Source: Pseudomonadota bacterium (lineage in GTDB: Bacteria > Pseudomonadota > Alphaproteobacteria > GCA-2731375). Taken from it: a stretch of 64,000 nt of DNA. A program made the translations under genes and the position numbers. How positions within the stretch are numbered: the first letter of the stretch is position 1; every line of letters starts with the position of its first letter. The notes under the pieces were generated by a model. That model was given only the letters and a program-made list of their open reading frames with translations. It did no database searches and had not been told where the DNA came from. This document shows, in pieces, positions 1 through 9,485 of the stretch. Location: positions 3,556 to 67,555 of the forward strand of contig JAQBYC010000006.1 in assembly GCA_027623205.1 (NCBI GenBank), written 5' to 3'.

Positions 1-134
1 CCATGGGCCTGCATGTGTTCCACATGGGCAGGCCAGGGGTCAGCCAGGATGACATCCAACCCCGCGCGGGCAAAATGCCCCCCTACATAGGCGCCGACGG
101 CACCCGTGCCAATAATCAGGATCCGTTCATTCAT
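1..134 (-). CDS. Partial CDS running off the window start. It encodes an NAD(P)-binding Rossmann N-terminus, possibly a 2-dehydropantoate 2-reductase of the ApbA/PanE family.
   Basis: Reverse complement of 1-134 translates as MNERILIIGTGAVGAYVGGHFARAGLDVILADPWPAHVEHMQAHG, which has a GxGxxG dinucleotide-binding motif. An AAGG lies just upstream of the ATG at 134. The gene is absent from the ORF track because it has no stop inside the window. Confidence 0.4.
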   Translation of the reverse strand, partial: MNERILIIGTGAVGAYVGGHFARAGLDVILADPWPAHVEHMQAH

Positions 135-159
135 TTCACTAACCTTGTCATGAGGGGCC

Positions 160-1008
160 TTAAAACGGTTCGTCGCCCGCGATGGTCAGGCGGCGCATAC
201 GGCGACGCTGGCCGGGGTAGTCATCGACGGCGAAATGCAAAGTACAACGATTGTCCCAAAGAGCAAGAGAGCCGGCGCGCCAACGAAAACGGCAGGTGAA
301 TTCGGGGCGGACACAATGGTCGGCCAAAAAATCAATCAGGGGACGGCTTTCCGCCTCCGTCATGTCCTTGAGCCCGACCGTATGCCCCTTGCCCACGTAA
401 AGCGCCTTTTTCCCGGTCTCTGGATGAGTGCGTACGATGGGATGCTCCGCGCCCATTTCTACCTGGTCCATATTTTTCGCGGTCATGGCGGTGGCGGTTT
501 TAAACGCAGCCGCGCGCCCACCGTTGCCTTTCAGGGCGGCGCTATAAACCCCAACCAGACCATCCAGCATATCCTTCATGCCATCGGAAAGCGCATCGTA
601 GGCCAGGGCTGTATTTGCGAACATGGTGTCGCCACCCGCGTTGGGGACTTCCTGGGCATAGAGCATGGTGCCCAATGGCGGCGTGGCGGTGAAGGACATA
701 TCAGAATGCCAGGCACCACCGAAATTCCGCTCATCTGTCTCGGTCTTCAAGATTTCGAAAGCCTCGGGCGCCTCCGGCAAACCTTCAATAAAGGGATAGA
801 TGCTCAAGGGGCCAAAACGCCGGGCGAAGGCAATTTGTTGATGCGGATCCAGTTCCTGGTCGTGGAAAAAGATGGCCTTGTGATCCAGAAATGCCTGGTG
901 AATTTCGTCAAAGGCCTGATTGCCAAGGTCCGCCGATAGATCCACGCCATGAATTACCGCACCCATGGCGCCCGAACTCGGTTCCACATCCAAAGTTTGA
1001 TAACCCAT
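160..1008 (-). CDS. TauD/TfdA-family Fe(II)/2-oxoglutarate-dependent dioxygenase, similar to taurine dioxygenase.
   Basis: A 282 aa ORF with family-typical motifs WHSDMSF and ALWDNRCTLH. Confidence 0.8.
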   Translation of the reverse strand: MGYQTLDVEPSSGAMGAVIHGVDLSADLGNQAFDEIHQAFLDHKAIFFHDQELDPHQQIAFARRFGPLSIYPFIEGLPEAPEAFEILKTETDERNFGGAWHSDMSFTATPPLGTMLYAQEVPNAGGDTMFANTALAYDALSDGMKDMLDGLVGVYSAALKGNGGRAAAFKTATAMTAKNMDQVEMGAEHPIVRTHPETGKKALYVGKGHTVGLKDMTEAESRPLIDFLADHCVRPEFTCRFRWRAGSLALWDNRCTLHFAVDDYPGQRRRMRRLTIAGDEPF

Positions 1009-1143
1009 CCAACGTCTCCCCTTATTTTGCGGATCATTGTGCCCGCTCCCTGCCGCCCGCTCAAGCCCAATGAAGACCGATTGCTTCGAGGACAGCTGAA
1101 TTCACCTTATCCGCGCCTGTCAAGTTCCGGCGCCAAACTGGAG

Positions 1144-2361
1144 TCATTTCAGGAGCGCGGCACGTACCTCTGGATCGTCAGCCAGACCCATTTCGGCCAG
1201 GATCTCATCGGTATGTTCGCCCACTTGCGGCGGTGGACGGCGCACCTGGGCGGGCGTGCGGGCAAAGCGCCAGGGGAACCGCGGCACCTTGATGTCCGTG
1301 CCGTCCGCCGCCGTCATTTCCATCGTCATGCCCAGCGCCTTGGCCTGGGCGCTTTCAAAGGCCTCCTGGATCGAAAGCACCGGACCATGGGGGATATCAT
1401 TCTCAACCAGGAACTGCGTCCATGCTTCGGTACTTTTCTCCACCATCGCCTCGGCGACCGCCGCTCGCATGGCATCCTTGTTGATGGAGCGGGCGCCGCC
1501 ATGGGCAAACCGCGCGTCATCCTTCCATTCCGGCCGACCGCAGAAATCGGCGAAACGGCGAAAATCCTCTTCGCGGGCCACCATGATCTGAATATGACCG
1601 TCGGACGTATGGAACAGGCCATAGGGCGCGATTGCCGGATGGTGATTGCCTTCGGGCCTGGGATCCTGACCCGAGGCAAAAAACTTCCCCGCCTGCACCG
1701 TCAACATCGACATGGTGGCCTCCAACAACGAGGTACGCACCACCTGGCCACGGCCGCTTTGTTGCCGTTCCATCAAGGCGCCCAGAATACCGATAGTATT
1801 ACACAATCCGCCCAGAACATCCGAGATGGCAACGCCCGAGCGGATTGGCCCCGTCTCGGTGCTGCCCGTAACGGCCATGAGCCCGGAATAGCCCTGCACC
1901 AGTTGATCCACACCAGAGCGCGCGCCCATGGGCCCCACATCGCCAAAGGCCGATAGCCGGGCCACCACCAGATGTGGAAAATCGCGCTCCAGCACATCGT
2001 CCGTATAGCCCATGGCGTCGAATACGCCGGGGCGAAAATTCTCCACCACCACATCGGCGGACCGCATCAAGGCCTGTAACAGCTTGTTGCCCCCCGGTTT
2101 CCGCAGATCAACATGCAGGCTGCGTTTGTTGCGGTTGGCGGTGGTGAAATAACCACCCATGCCGGGGCTAAAACTGGGGGCTTGGAGGCGCAGCGTGTCG
2201 CCTTGCCCCGTCTCCACCTTGATCACATCCGCGCCCATGTCGCCCAACAACATCGGTCCCAGAGGTCCGGCGATGACCCGCCCCAGATCGATAACCCGTA
2301 TTCCGCTCAATGGCATGGCTGCCCCCTGATTGACCCCAATGACGTCTGCGGGGGGTATCAT
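1144..2361 (-). CDS. CoA transferase, family III (CaiB/BaiF type).
   Basis: A 405 aa ORF. The N-terminus LSGIRVIDLGRVIAGPLGPMLLGDMGADVIKVE is typical of CaiB/BaiF CoA-transferases. Confidence 0.85.
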   Translation of the reverse strand: MIPPADVIGVNQGAAMPLSGIRVIDLGRVIAGPLGPMLLGDMGADVIKVETGQGDTLRLQAPSFSPGMGGYFTTANRNKRSLHVDLRKPGGNKLLQALMRSADVVVENFRPGVFDAMGYTDDVLERDFPHLVVARLSAFGDVGPMGARSGVDQLVQGYSGLMAVTGSTETGPIRSGVAISDVLGGLCNTIGILGALMERQQSGRGQVVRTSLLEATMSMLTVQAGKFFASGQDPRPEGNHHPAIAPYGLFHTSDGHIQIMVAREEDFRRFADFCGRPEWKDDARFAHGGARSINKDAMRAAVAEAMVEKSTEAWTQFLVENDIPHGPVLSIQEAFESAQAKALGMTMEMTAADGTDIKVPRFPWRFARTPAQVRRPPPQVGEHTDEILAEMGLADDPEVRAALLK

Positions 2362-2440
2362 AGCAAGGCAAAGGAAAACCCTCTAGGATGACAATTGTAC
2401 GTCCGGACAATTCGGGGCCATTTGAAATCAGGAGAATGGG

Positions 2441-3334
2441 GTGATGGTCGAACAGGCCCGCCGGCAAGCAATCGAATTGGACTTTTGGACCGGGCCGGTC
2501 ACGGCGCAACCGTTGCCGGGCGGCCTCACCAGCCACAACTTTCTGGTTGACGATGGGGCACGGCAATATGTCGTGCGTATCGGTGATGACAGGCCGGAAC
2601 ATGCGGTCTTCAGATATAACGAGATTGCCGTTAGCCAGGCGGCCCACGACGCCGGCCTCTCCCCGGCCCTGTTGCACCACGAACCCGGCGCGCTGATTTT
2701 TGACTACCTGGCGGATGCCAGTGTCATGGACGCGGCGAAATTGGGCGCGGATGCCAACATAGACCGCTTGACCGGTCTACTGGGCCAATGCCATCTGGAT
2801 CTACCCGGGCATCTGGAAGTGCCCGGCCCGATGTTCTGGGTTTTTCATCTGAGCCGCCGCTATGCCCGGATCATCATGCAGCACGGCGGCCGGATGGCCC
2901 CTACGATCACCAGGTTGATGACCCTGAACGACGAATTGGAAAACGCCGTCGGCCCGATCCGGCCGGTGTTCTGCCACAACGATCTGGCTGCGGAAAATAT
3001 CCTCGACGATAACCGGCGATTATGGCTCATTGACTGGGAATTCGGCGGCTGGAACGATGGACTGTACGATCTGGCCTCCCTGGCCGCCAACCTGGACCTG
3101 GGGCCAGAGGCAGCGGACGAAATGTTGCGTCGTTACCGGCGTCTAAGCGATGAGGAACCGGATCAGGCCAGCCGGCGCAGATTTAGGGCCTGGAAATGCG
3201 CCGCCCTGATTTGGACCAGCCTATGGGGCGGTGTCGGTGAAATGTTTGCCAATCTGGATTTTGACTATGTCGGGTACACTCAACAACGCCTGGATCGGTT
3301 GGATCGCAGTATCATTGAATTTCGCGAAACCTAG
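2441..3334 (+). CDS. Phosphotransferase-family protein, resembling choline/ethanolamine kinase or aminoglycoside phosphotransferase.
   Basis: 297 aa. It carries the catalytic-loop motif CHNDLAAENIL and the LIDWEF motif typical of APH/choline-kinase folds. Confidence 0.7.
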   Translation: MMVEQARRQAIELDFWTGPVTAQPLPGGLTSHNFLVDDGARQYVVRIGDDRPEHAVFRYNEIAVSQAAHDAGLSPALLHHEPGALIFDYLADASVMDAAKLGADANIDRLTGLLGQCHLDLPGHLEVPGPMFWVFHLSRRYARIIMQHGGRMAPTITRLMTLNDELENAVGPIRPVFCHNDLAAENILDDNRRLWLIDWEFGGWNDGLYDLASLAANLDLGPEAADEMLRRYRRLSDEEPDQASRRRFRAWKCAALIWTSLWGGVGEMFANLDFDYVGYTQQRLDRLDRSIIEFRET

Positions 3335-3337
3335 AGG

Positions 3338-3435
3338 ATGTTTCCTTAAAACATGCTCAGACTCTTCGAGATTAGGGCAATTTTCAATGAACCGGAGTCG
3401 CTCTCGCGACTCCAATTAATCGAAAAGTTCTCCGC
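3338..3435 (+). repeat. Copy 1 of a dispersed structured intergenic repeat, resembling MITE, REP or RIME elements.
   Basis: Sequence gatgtttccttaaaacatgctcagactctt...ggagtcgctctcgcgactcc...aatcgaaaag. It shares the 5' hairpin and central stem-loop with six other copies in the window. It starts 3 nt after the stop codon of the upstream gene. Confidence 0.8.
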
Positions 3436-3497
3436 TCGCCCGCCGTATTATCCACCGGCATTGTGCTGTCCAGCCCGGGCGCGCGACCGGCGTAAAG

Positions 3498-4331
3498 TCA
3501 AGCCAAAGTCAGACGCATATTCTCCCGGCCTATCAGGGCGCCGTCCCAGGCCAGGCGGGCCTCTGCCTCCAACAGCTCCATGAATGGATCTTCATGATCA
3601 GGATCATGATGGAATATCACCAGCCGCTTGGCATTGGCCAGCTTGCACAGGCGCACCCCTTCCTGCCAGGTCGAATGGCCCCAACCGACCTTGGCGGGGA
3701 ACTCCCGGTCCGTGTAGGTGCAATCATAGGCCACGACATCGGCGTGATCGATCAGCTGTAGAATGTTTTCATCAGGCTTGCCCGGAACATGTTCCGTATC
3801 GGTGATATAACAAAAACTCTTGCCGCCGTAATCGATGCGATAGCCAGTGGCATTATCCGGGTGCCGCAATAGGGTGGTGGTAACCTTGATATCTTTGCCC
3901 AAGGTGAAGCTGTCGCCGGCAACGAAATCCTCGAACACCATCTTCGACTGCATCGCCTCGATGGGGACAGGGAACGTCGGCTGGTTCATCTGCCCGGCCA
4001 TAACGTCATGCAGCGTCTCCGGAATTTCGAAAAGATGGCCCGCCATGATACGGAATTCACAATCAGGCTGGAAGGCCGGCGAAAAGAACGGAAAGCCGTT
4101 GATATGATCCCAATGGCTGTGGGACATCAGGATATCCGCCCGGCGCACGCCTTTTCTCATCATCCAATGGCCGAAATTTCGCAGACCCGTGCCACAGTCG
4201 AACACGACCCGCTGGCCGCCACAAGAAACCTCAACGCAGGACGTATTGCCGCCGAACATGACGTATTTCGAGGATGGGCAGGCTATCGAACCCCGAACTC
4301 CCCAAAATTTGACCTTAAATCCCATCGCCAT
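3498..4331 (-). CDS. Metallo-beta-lactamase (MBL) fold metallo-hydrolase.
   Basis: 277 aa with the metal-binding motif HSHWDH. Confidence 0.75.
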   Translation of the reverse strand: MAMGFKVKFWGVRGSIACPSSKYVMFGGNTSCVEVSCGGQRVVFDCGTGLRNFGHWMMRKGVRRADILMSHSHWDHINGFPFFSPAFQPDCEFRIMAGHLFEIPETLHDVMAGQMNQPTFPVPIEAMQSKMVFEDFVAGDSFTLGKDIKVTTTLLRHPDNATGYRIDYGGKSFCYITDTEHVPGKPDENILQLIDHADVVAYDCTYTDREFPAKVGWGHSTWQEGVRLCKLANAKRLVIFHHDPDHEDPFMELLEAEARLAWDGALIGRENMRLTLA

Positions 4332-4409
4332 CCCCTCGTCGGCATTGTCGCAATTGCCATACGTAATTAATAGTTAGTAAAGGTTAACTTAATGCTATGC
4401 GGCAGCTCA

Positions 4410-5585
4410 TCAAGCGGCAGCCAGTTCCTGCTCCACCAACCTGACCCAATAGGACGCGCCGATTGGCAGCACTTCATCATTAAAATCATAGTTTGGATTG
4501 TGCACCATGCAGCCCCCAGGTTCGCCGCTAATACCATTGCCTACCCAGACGTAGCAACCTGGCTTAGCCTGCAGCATCCAGGAAAAATCCTCCGCCCCCA
4601 TGGTCGGCGGCAGATCGCGGCGAACATTCTCCTCGCCGACGACCTCGGCGGCGGCCCGATGGGCAATTTCGGTTTCTTTTGGCGTATTGATGGTCGGCGC
4701 GTAACGGCGGTCATAGGTATAATCGATGGTCGCGCCATGGGCCATGGCAATTCCCTCCGCGACGCGCTTGATCTCCCGCTCCATGAGGTCCTGTACGCTG
4801 GTCGAAAATGCCCGCGTGGTACCGGCGATCAAGGCCGTCTCGGGGATCACGTTGGTCGTGTGACCCGCCTGAAATTTTGTCGCCGAGATCACCGCCTGTT
4901 TTAACGGGTCCACCGTACGCGACACGATCCGTTGCAGCGCCATAACGATTTCCGAACCGATCAAGACGGGGTCAACGCCTTGATGGGGCATCGCCCCATG
5001 GGCGCCCGTGCCGTTCACCACAATCTCGAAAAAATCGGCCGAGGCCATCATCGGCCCCGGCATCAGGGCAATCTGGCCCACCGGGATACCCGGCATATTG
5101 TGCATGCCATACACATCGTTGCAGGGGAACTGATCGAACAGGCCTTCATCGACCATGAGCCGACCGCCGGCTTCGTTCTCTTCCGCCGGCTGGAAGATGA
5201 AATAAATGGTGCCGTCGAAATTCTGCGTTTCGGCCAAATAACGGGCGGCGCCCAACAACATGGTGGTGTGGCCGTCGTGACCACAGGCGTGCATCTTGCC
5301 ATCATGTTTGGATTTGTGGGCTACGTCGGCCAGCTCCTGCAAATCCAGGGCATCCATATCAGCCCGCAGTCCGATCTTGCGGTCTGAATTGCCACATTTG
5401 AGCACCCCGACAACGCCGGTCCTGGCCAATCCAGTATGCACCTCCAGGCCGAACGAACGCAGTTTTTCTTCGACCACGGCCGCCGTGCGCACCTCTTCAA
5501 ATGCGGTCTCGGGATGCGCATGAATATCGTGGCGCCATGCAACCATGTCATCGTGAAGATCGGCAATTCGGTTAATGATCGCCAT
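4410..5585 (-). CDS. M20-family amidohydrolase, of the hippurate hydrolase / aminoacylase type.
   Basis: Protein-like translation with an ADMDAL...ACGHDGH metal-binding region. The start was chosen at MAIINRIADL; the longer ORF in the track extends upstream with no support. Confidence 0.8.
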   Translation of the reverse strand: MAIINRIADLHDDMVAWRHDIHAHPETAFEEVRTAAVVEEKLRSFGLEVHTGLARTGVVGVLKCGNSDRKIGLRADMDALDLQELADVAHKSKHDGKMHACGHDGHTTMLLGAARYLAETQNFDGTIYFIFQPAEENEAGGRLMVDEGLFDQFPCNDVYGMHNMPGIPVGQIALMPGPMMASADFFEIVVNGTGAHGAMPHQGVDPVLIGSEIVMALQRIVSRTVDPLKQAVISATKFQAGHTTNVIPETALIAGTTRAFSTSVQDLMEREIKRVAEGIAMAHGATIDYTYDRRYAPTINTPKETEIAHRAAAEVVGEENVRRDLPPTMGAEDFSWMLQAKPGCYVWVGNGISGEPGGCMVHNPNYDFNDEVLPIGASYWVRLVEQELAAA

Positions 5586-5732
5586 GGCGTACTCCTGGTT
5601 TCGGTTCTGTGCGGCATTCACGGTGATAAATAATATAGAGCGGGCGGCCCCTGAGACCACCCGCCCCAATCATGTACCCCGAAGTCGGGCTAAATACCAA
5701 TAGTCCTTGATAGGATGGACGCCCTGAGCAGG

Positions 5733-5825
5733 TTTCTTCAAAACATGCTCAGACTCTTAGAAGTAGCGCAATCGAACCAATCACTTCAGTCGTGATAGCG
5801 ACTCCGATCAATTGAAATTTGCTCT
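5733..5825 (+). repeat. Copy 2 of the structured intergenic repeat.
   Basis: Sequence gtttcttcaaaacatgctcagactcttagaagtagcgcaatcgaaccaatcacttcagtcgtgatagcgactccgatcaattgaaatttgctc. Its 3' terminus overlaps the stop codon (5824-5826) of the minus-strand usp gene. Confidence 0.8.
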
Positions 5826-6642
5826 AATGCGACATCAATACCGGACATGTCATCGACCGCATGATGGCCCTGGTAGCGCCGCCAAACGCCAGTTCACGCA
5901 GCCTGGAATGACCATAGCCACCCATGACCAGCAGATCGATGCTGTTGTCGGCGACAGCCGAAAGCACGCTGTCACCGACCCGCATATCAGGCGCCACAAT
6001 ATGACGCGGGGTGGCGTTGACCCCATGGCGGGCCAAATGGGTGCAGATATCGGCGCCGGCAATATGACCGCTATCTTCCGGATTGACCGAGAAAACCACG
6101 ACCTCTTCCGCCTGGACCAATAGGGGCATGGCGTCATGCACCGCCCGGGTTGCCTCGCGCGTGCCACTCCATGCCACCATCACCCGACGGCCCACATGGC
6201 CTAGATCACCGGTATAGGGCACCACCAATATGGGCCGGCCGGCGGCCAGCAACAAATCTTCCGCCAAGCTGTCCGTCTGGGAGGGATGGTCTGGATCAGG
6301 CTGTCCGACCACCAGCAGATCGCTATAACGGCCGCAAAGCGCCACGGCATCGACCAAATCCCCTTCCATTACGCGAAATTCAGCGGCAACATTTTCCCGC
6401 GCCGCAGCGGCATCGAATGCGGCCCGCTTGGCCTCGCCCGCGGCCCGAATTTCGCTGTAACGTTGTTCGATAATTTCACTGGGCAATTCAGTCTGCACGA
6501 AGCCCGGGACCGTTGGGTAGCTCAAGACATAGATCCCCGTCAGGTGCGCTTCAAATTGCCTCGCCAGCATCAAACCCAGTGTCAGACGCCGATCCGCGTG
6601 AACGTCTTCACCCTGATGTACAACAATATCCTTGAACGCCAT
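5824..6642 (-). CDS. Universal stress protein with tandem UspA domains.
   Basis: Two Usp-like halves with the patterns VVGQPDPDH and MGGYGHSRLRELAFGGATRAIM. The start was chosen at MAFKDIVVHQ. Confidence 0.7.
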   Translation of the reverse strand: MAFKDIVVHQGEDVHADRRLTLGLMLARQFEAHLTGIYVLSYPTVPGFVQTELPSEIIEQRYSEIRAAGEAKRAAFDAAAARENVAAEFRVMEGDLVDAVALCGRYSDLLVVGQPDPDHPSQTDSLAEDLLLAAGRPILVVPYTGDLGHVGRRVMVAWSGTREATRAVHDAMPLLVQAEEVVVFSVNPEDSGHIAGADICTHLARHGVNATPRHIVAPDMRVGDSVLSAVADNSIDLLVMGGYGHSRLRELAFGGATRAIMRSMTCPVLMSH

Positions 6643-6743
6643 TCGCTTATTCCCTCGGGTTTCGCCGCCCAATCCAACAGGCAACTTACATTAAAATACA
6701 TAAGGATTATGGCTTACAAATCCAGTTTTCAATTTGACCTATA

Positions 6744-7100
6744 TCAGGCCAAATTCGCGACAAACCAACGCGCACGTTCCAGGGCCGCATGCAACGTCTC
6801 GACATCCTTGCGGCGAACCGACAGCGGGCTGTCGCCGTGGCTTTCCGCGGCCTCCGCCAACGCGGCAATCTCCCAGGCGCCAACCCCCTGGGCAACGCCT
6901 TTCAGGCTATGCGCCGCCGTCCACCATACCCCGCCCCGGGTCTTGCCACCGGCCTGATCCTGCCCCGCCGCCATGGCATCGATATAGTCCCGGGCGCTGG
7001 GCAGAAACATGCTCAACAACTCCCGTTCCAGGGCCAGATTACCCTGGGTATAGGTGCCCAGATGAACCAAATCGATGGCCGGTCGAGGCTCAGATGGCAT
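6744..7100 (-). CDS. Single-domain Hpt histidine phosphotransfer protein.
   Basis: 118 aa with the conserved Hpt phospho-His motif HSLKG. Its start overlaps the stop of the upstream E1 fusion gene by 11 nt. Confidence 0.65.
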   Translation of the reverse strand: MPSEPRPAIDLVHLGTYTQGNLALERELLSMFLPSARDYIDAMAAGQDQAGGKTRGGVWWTAAHSLKGVAQGVGAWEIAALAEAAESHGDSPLSVRRKDVETLHAALERARWFVANLA

Positions 7101-9126
7101 TCCGCACCAGATCCCGGATCGCCTGCGTCAGGCGATCCTGAGACGGAATTACCGCGCGTTCCAAGGCGTCGTTATAGGGCATGGGCACATCCAGGCCGCC
7201 AACCCGTACGATGGGGGCATCCAGACTGTCAAAACCCTTTTCCACCACCATCGCCGCCACCTCGGCGCCAAAGCCGCCATTTTTCCAGGCCTCGTGGGCA
7301 ATGAGCAAACGGTTGGTCTTGGCCACGGAATTCAAGATGATCGCCTCGTCAAGGGGGCGCAGAGTACGGGGATCCACCACCTCGACGGAAATCCCTTCCC
7401 GTTCCAGAACCCGGGCCGCGGCGAGCGTGCGGCCAACCATGGTCATGGTCGCCACTACGGTAACGTCGGTGCCTTGTCGTTTGATGTCGCCCTTGCCGAT
7501 GGGGATGGCGTAATCCTGTTCGGGCACCTCGCCCTTGCTTTCCATGTAGAGCATCTTGTGCTCCAGAAAAATCACCGGATTGTCGTCCCGGATCGCCGCG
7601 ATCAGCATCCCCTTTGCATCATAGGGCGTGGACGGGGCCATCACCACCAGGCCCGGCACATGGGTAAACCAGGCTTCCAGGCTTTGGCTATGTTGCGCCG
7701 CCATGCGAATGCCACCGCCCTGAGGGCCGCGCACCACCATGGGAACAGTCGGCCGGCCGCCCAGCATATAACGGAATTTGGCGGCCTGATTAACCAGCAT
7801 GTCCATGGTCAAAGCAACGAAATCAAAGATTTGCAGTTCCACCACCGGGCGCATGCCGACAATGGCGGCGCCGACGCCGGCGCCGGTAAAGCCGACTTCG
7901 GTGATCGGCGTATCACGCACCCGGTCATTTCCAAATCGCTCCCACAGGCCTTTGGTGACGCCGAAAATACCCCCTGTCCGGCCCACGTCCTCGCCCATCA
8001 CGAACACCCGTTCGTCGCGGGCCATTTCCGACGCCATGGCCTCATTCAACGCTTCCACATAGGTAATTTCCCGACCGCCAACGGGTCCCGGTTCATCGTA
8101 GACCGCGTGCGCGGCATAAACCGAATTTAGCATCCGTTCGACAGTGGGCTCCCCACCCTCCGCGCCGAAAGCAACGGCGCTCTCCAGGTCCTGCGCAACC
8201 TGTGCGCCGATCTCCTCGATCCGCTTGCGCGGCACGGTCTTTTCGGTCCGCATCCGATCTTCCAGCAACTTGATGGGATCGCGGGCCATCCAGGCGTCGT
8301 ATTCTTCCTTTGGCCGCGGGTCGCGCAGGTTGGCGCGCATGGAATGCTGGCCCCAGCGATAGGTCATGCATTCGATCAGGCTGGGTCCGTGGCCGGCCCG
8401 GGCCCGCTCCACCGCATCACCCACCACCGTAAAAACTTCCCCCGCGTCATTGCCGTCGATGGTGACGCCCGGCATGGCATAACCAGCCGCCCGATCAGAT
8501 ATCTGTCGGGCCGAGGTGGTGTCCCGGTACGAGGTGGTCAAGGCGTATTGATTATTCTCGCAGATAAAGAGGATCGGCAGCTTCCAAATGCTGGCCAGAT
8601 TGCAACATTCGTGAAAGGTGCCCTGGTTCGAGGCGCCATCGCCAAAAAAGGCGACCACGACCTGATCACCGCCGCGCAGCTTGATCGCCAGGGCTGCGCC
8701 CGTGGCCAGCGGCATGGTGGCGCCGACAATACCGTTGGCACCCAATATACCAAGACTTAGATCAGCGATATGCATGGAGCCGCCCAAGCCGCCGCAGTAG
8801 CCGTTCTCCCGGCCCATCAATTCCGCCATCATCAAACCCAGATCGGCGCCCTTGGCGATGCAATGGCCGTGGCCTCTATGGTTCGAGGCCATGAAGTCGT
8901 CGTCGCGCAGGTTGGCGCTGACCGCGGCGGCCACGGCTTCTTCGCCGATATAGCTGTGCGCCGTGCCCTTTACCTCGCCTTGTGCGAACAGCTCCATGGT
9001 GCGCTCCTCGAAGGCGCGGATGCGGCGCATGGTCGTATAGATGGTTTCCGCCGTCTCCGCGGATAGCTGAACATTTGAGGTAGCGGTCTTGGTCTTGGCC
9101 GTATTATCTTTGGTTGCCGTCGCCAT
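7090..9126 (-). CDS. Fused alpha/beta E1 component of a thiamine-diphosphate-dependent 2-oxoacid or acetoin dehydrogenase.
   Basis: 678 aa. The N-terminal half has the E1-alpha TPP motifs GDGASNQG and ICENNQYA. The C-terminal half has E1-beta motifs and a transketolase-like C-terminus. Confidence 0.85.
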   Translation of the reverse strand: MATATKDNTAKTKTATSNVQLSAETAETIYTTMRRIRAFEERTMELFAQGEVKGTAHSYIGEEAVAAAVSANLRDDDFMASNHRGHGHCIAKGADLGLMMAELMGRENGYCGGLGGSMHIADLSLGILGANGIVGATMPLATGAALAIKLRGGDQVVVAFFGDGASNQGTFHECCNLASIWKLPILFICENNQYALTTSYRDTTSARQISDRAAGYAMPGVTIDGNDAGEVFTVVGDAVERARAGHGPSLIECMTYRWGQHSMRANLRDPRPKEEYDAWMARDPIKLLEDRMRTEKTVPRKRIEEIGAQVAQDLESAVAFGAEGGEPTVERMLNSVYAAHAVYDEPGPVGGREITYVEALNEAMASEMARDERVFVMGEDVGRTGGIFGVTKGLWERFGNDRVRDTPITEVGFTGAGVGAAIVGMRPVVELQIFDFVALTMDMLVNQAAKFRYMLGGRPTVPMVVRGPQGGGIRMAAQHSQSLEAWFTHVPGLVVMAPSTPYDAKGMLIAAIRDDNPVIFLEHKMLYMESKGEVPEQDYAIPIGKGDIKRQGTDVTVVATMTMVGRTLAAARVLEREGISVEVVDPRTLRPLDEAIILNSVAKTNRLLIAHEAWKNGGFGAEVAAMVVEKGFDSLDAPIVRVGGLDVPMPYNDALERAVIPSQDRLTQAIRDLVRNAI

Positions 9127-9485
9127 GTTTCATCGACCGCGCAGGCGGCCCCTTCCAAAGCCTCGTTTCGACTACCCGCAAGCTTAGCAAGCATTCCGCC
9201 ATCCTGGAAGGCAGCGGAATAGGGGGTAATGCGTCAGTTTCAATTGACGCGCTGCCCAGGTTCCAGCCGTTTATACTTGGACTTCCTGGTTCATTAGACG
9301 CCGTTTTTGGAAATTGATCCAATCAGATCGGGTTGGTATTAACCCCTGATCGACATGCTGGGCGTATTTTAGCGTAAAGGACCAAAATCCCAGGCACCGC
9401 TATCGCACCCACGGCCATATTCAGCGATAATTTTAAACTTAACGTGTCGGGCGGCAGTCCGCGCCCGCCGACCGGGGGAATTGCC

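Noticed and set aside
3-299. A 98-aa plus-strand ORF at the window start.
   Set aside because: It is antisense to, and fully overlapped by, the well-supported TauD-family gene and the ApbA-like start. It is a typical spurious high-GC ORF.
6286-6957. A 223-aa plus-strand ORF spanning usp and the Hpt region.
   Set aside because: It is antisense to the tandem-Usp gene and has no protein-like features.
7075-8130. A 351-aa plus-strand ORF. The same judgement applies to 16074-17381 (plus), 18003-19100 (plus), 32845-33912 (plus), 42582-43745 (minus) and 56830-57852 (plus).
   Set aside because: All lie antisense inside strongly supported genes (the E1 fusion, nadE, the HMGL-like gene, rnr, ftsK and the TPP enzyme). 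Their translations are low-complexity and Arg/Gly/His-rich, typical of GC-rich antisense frames.
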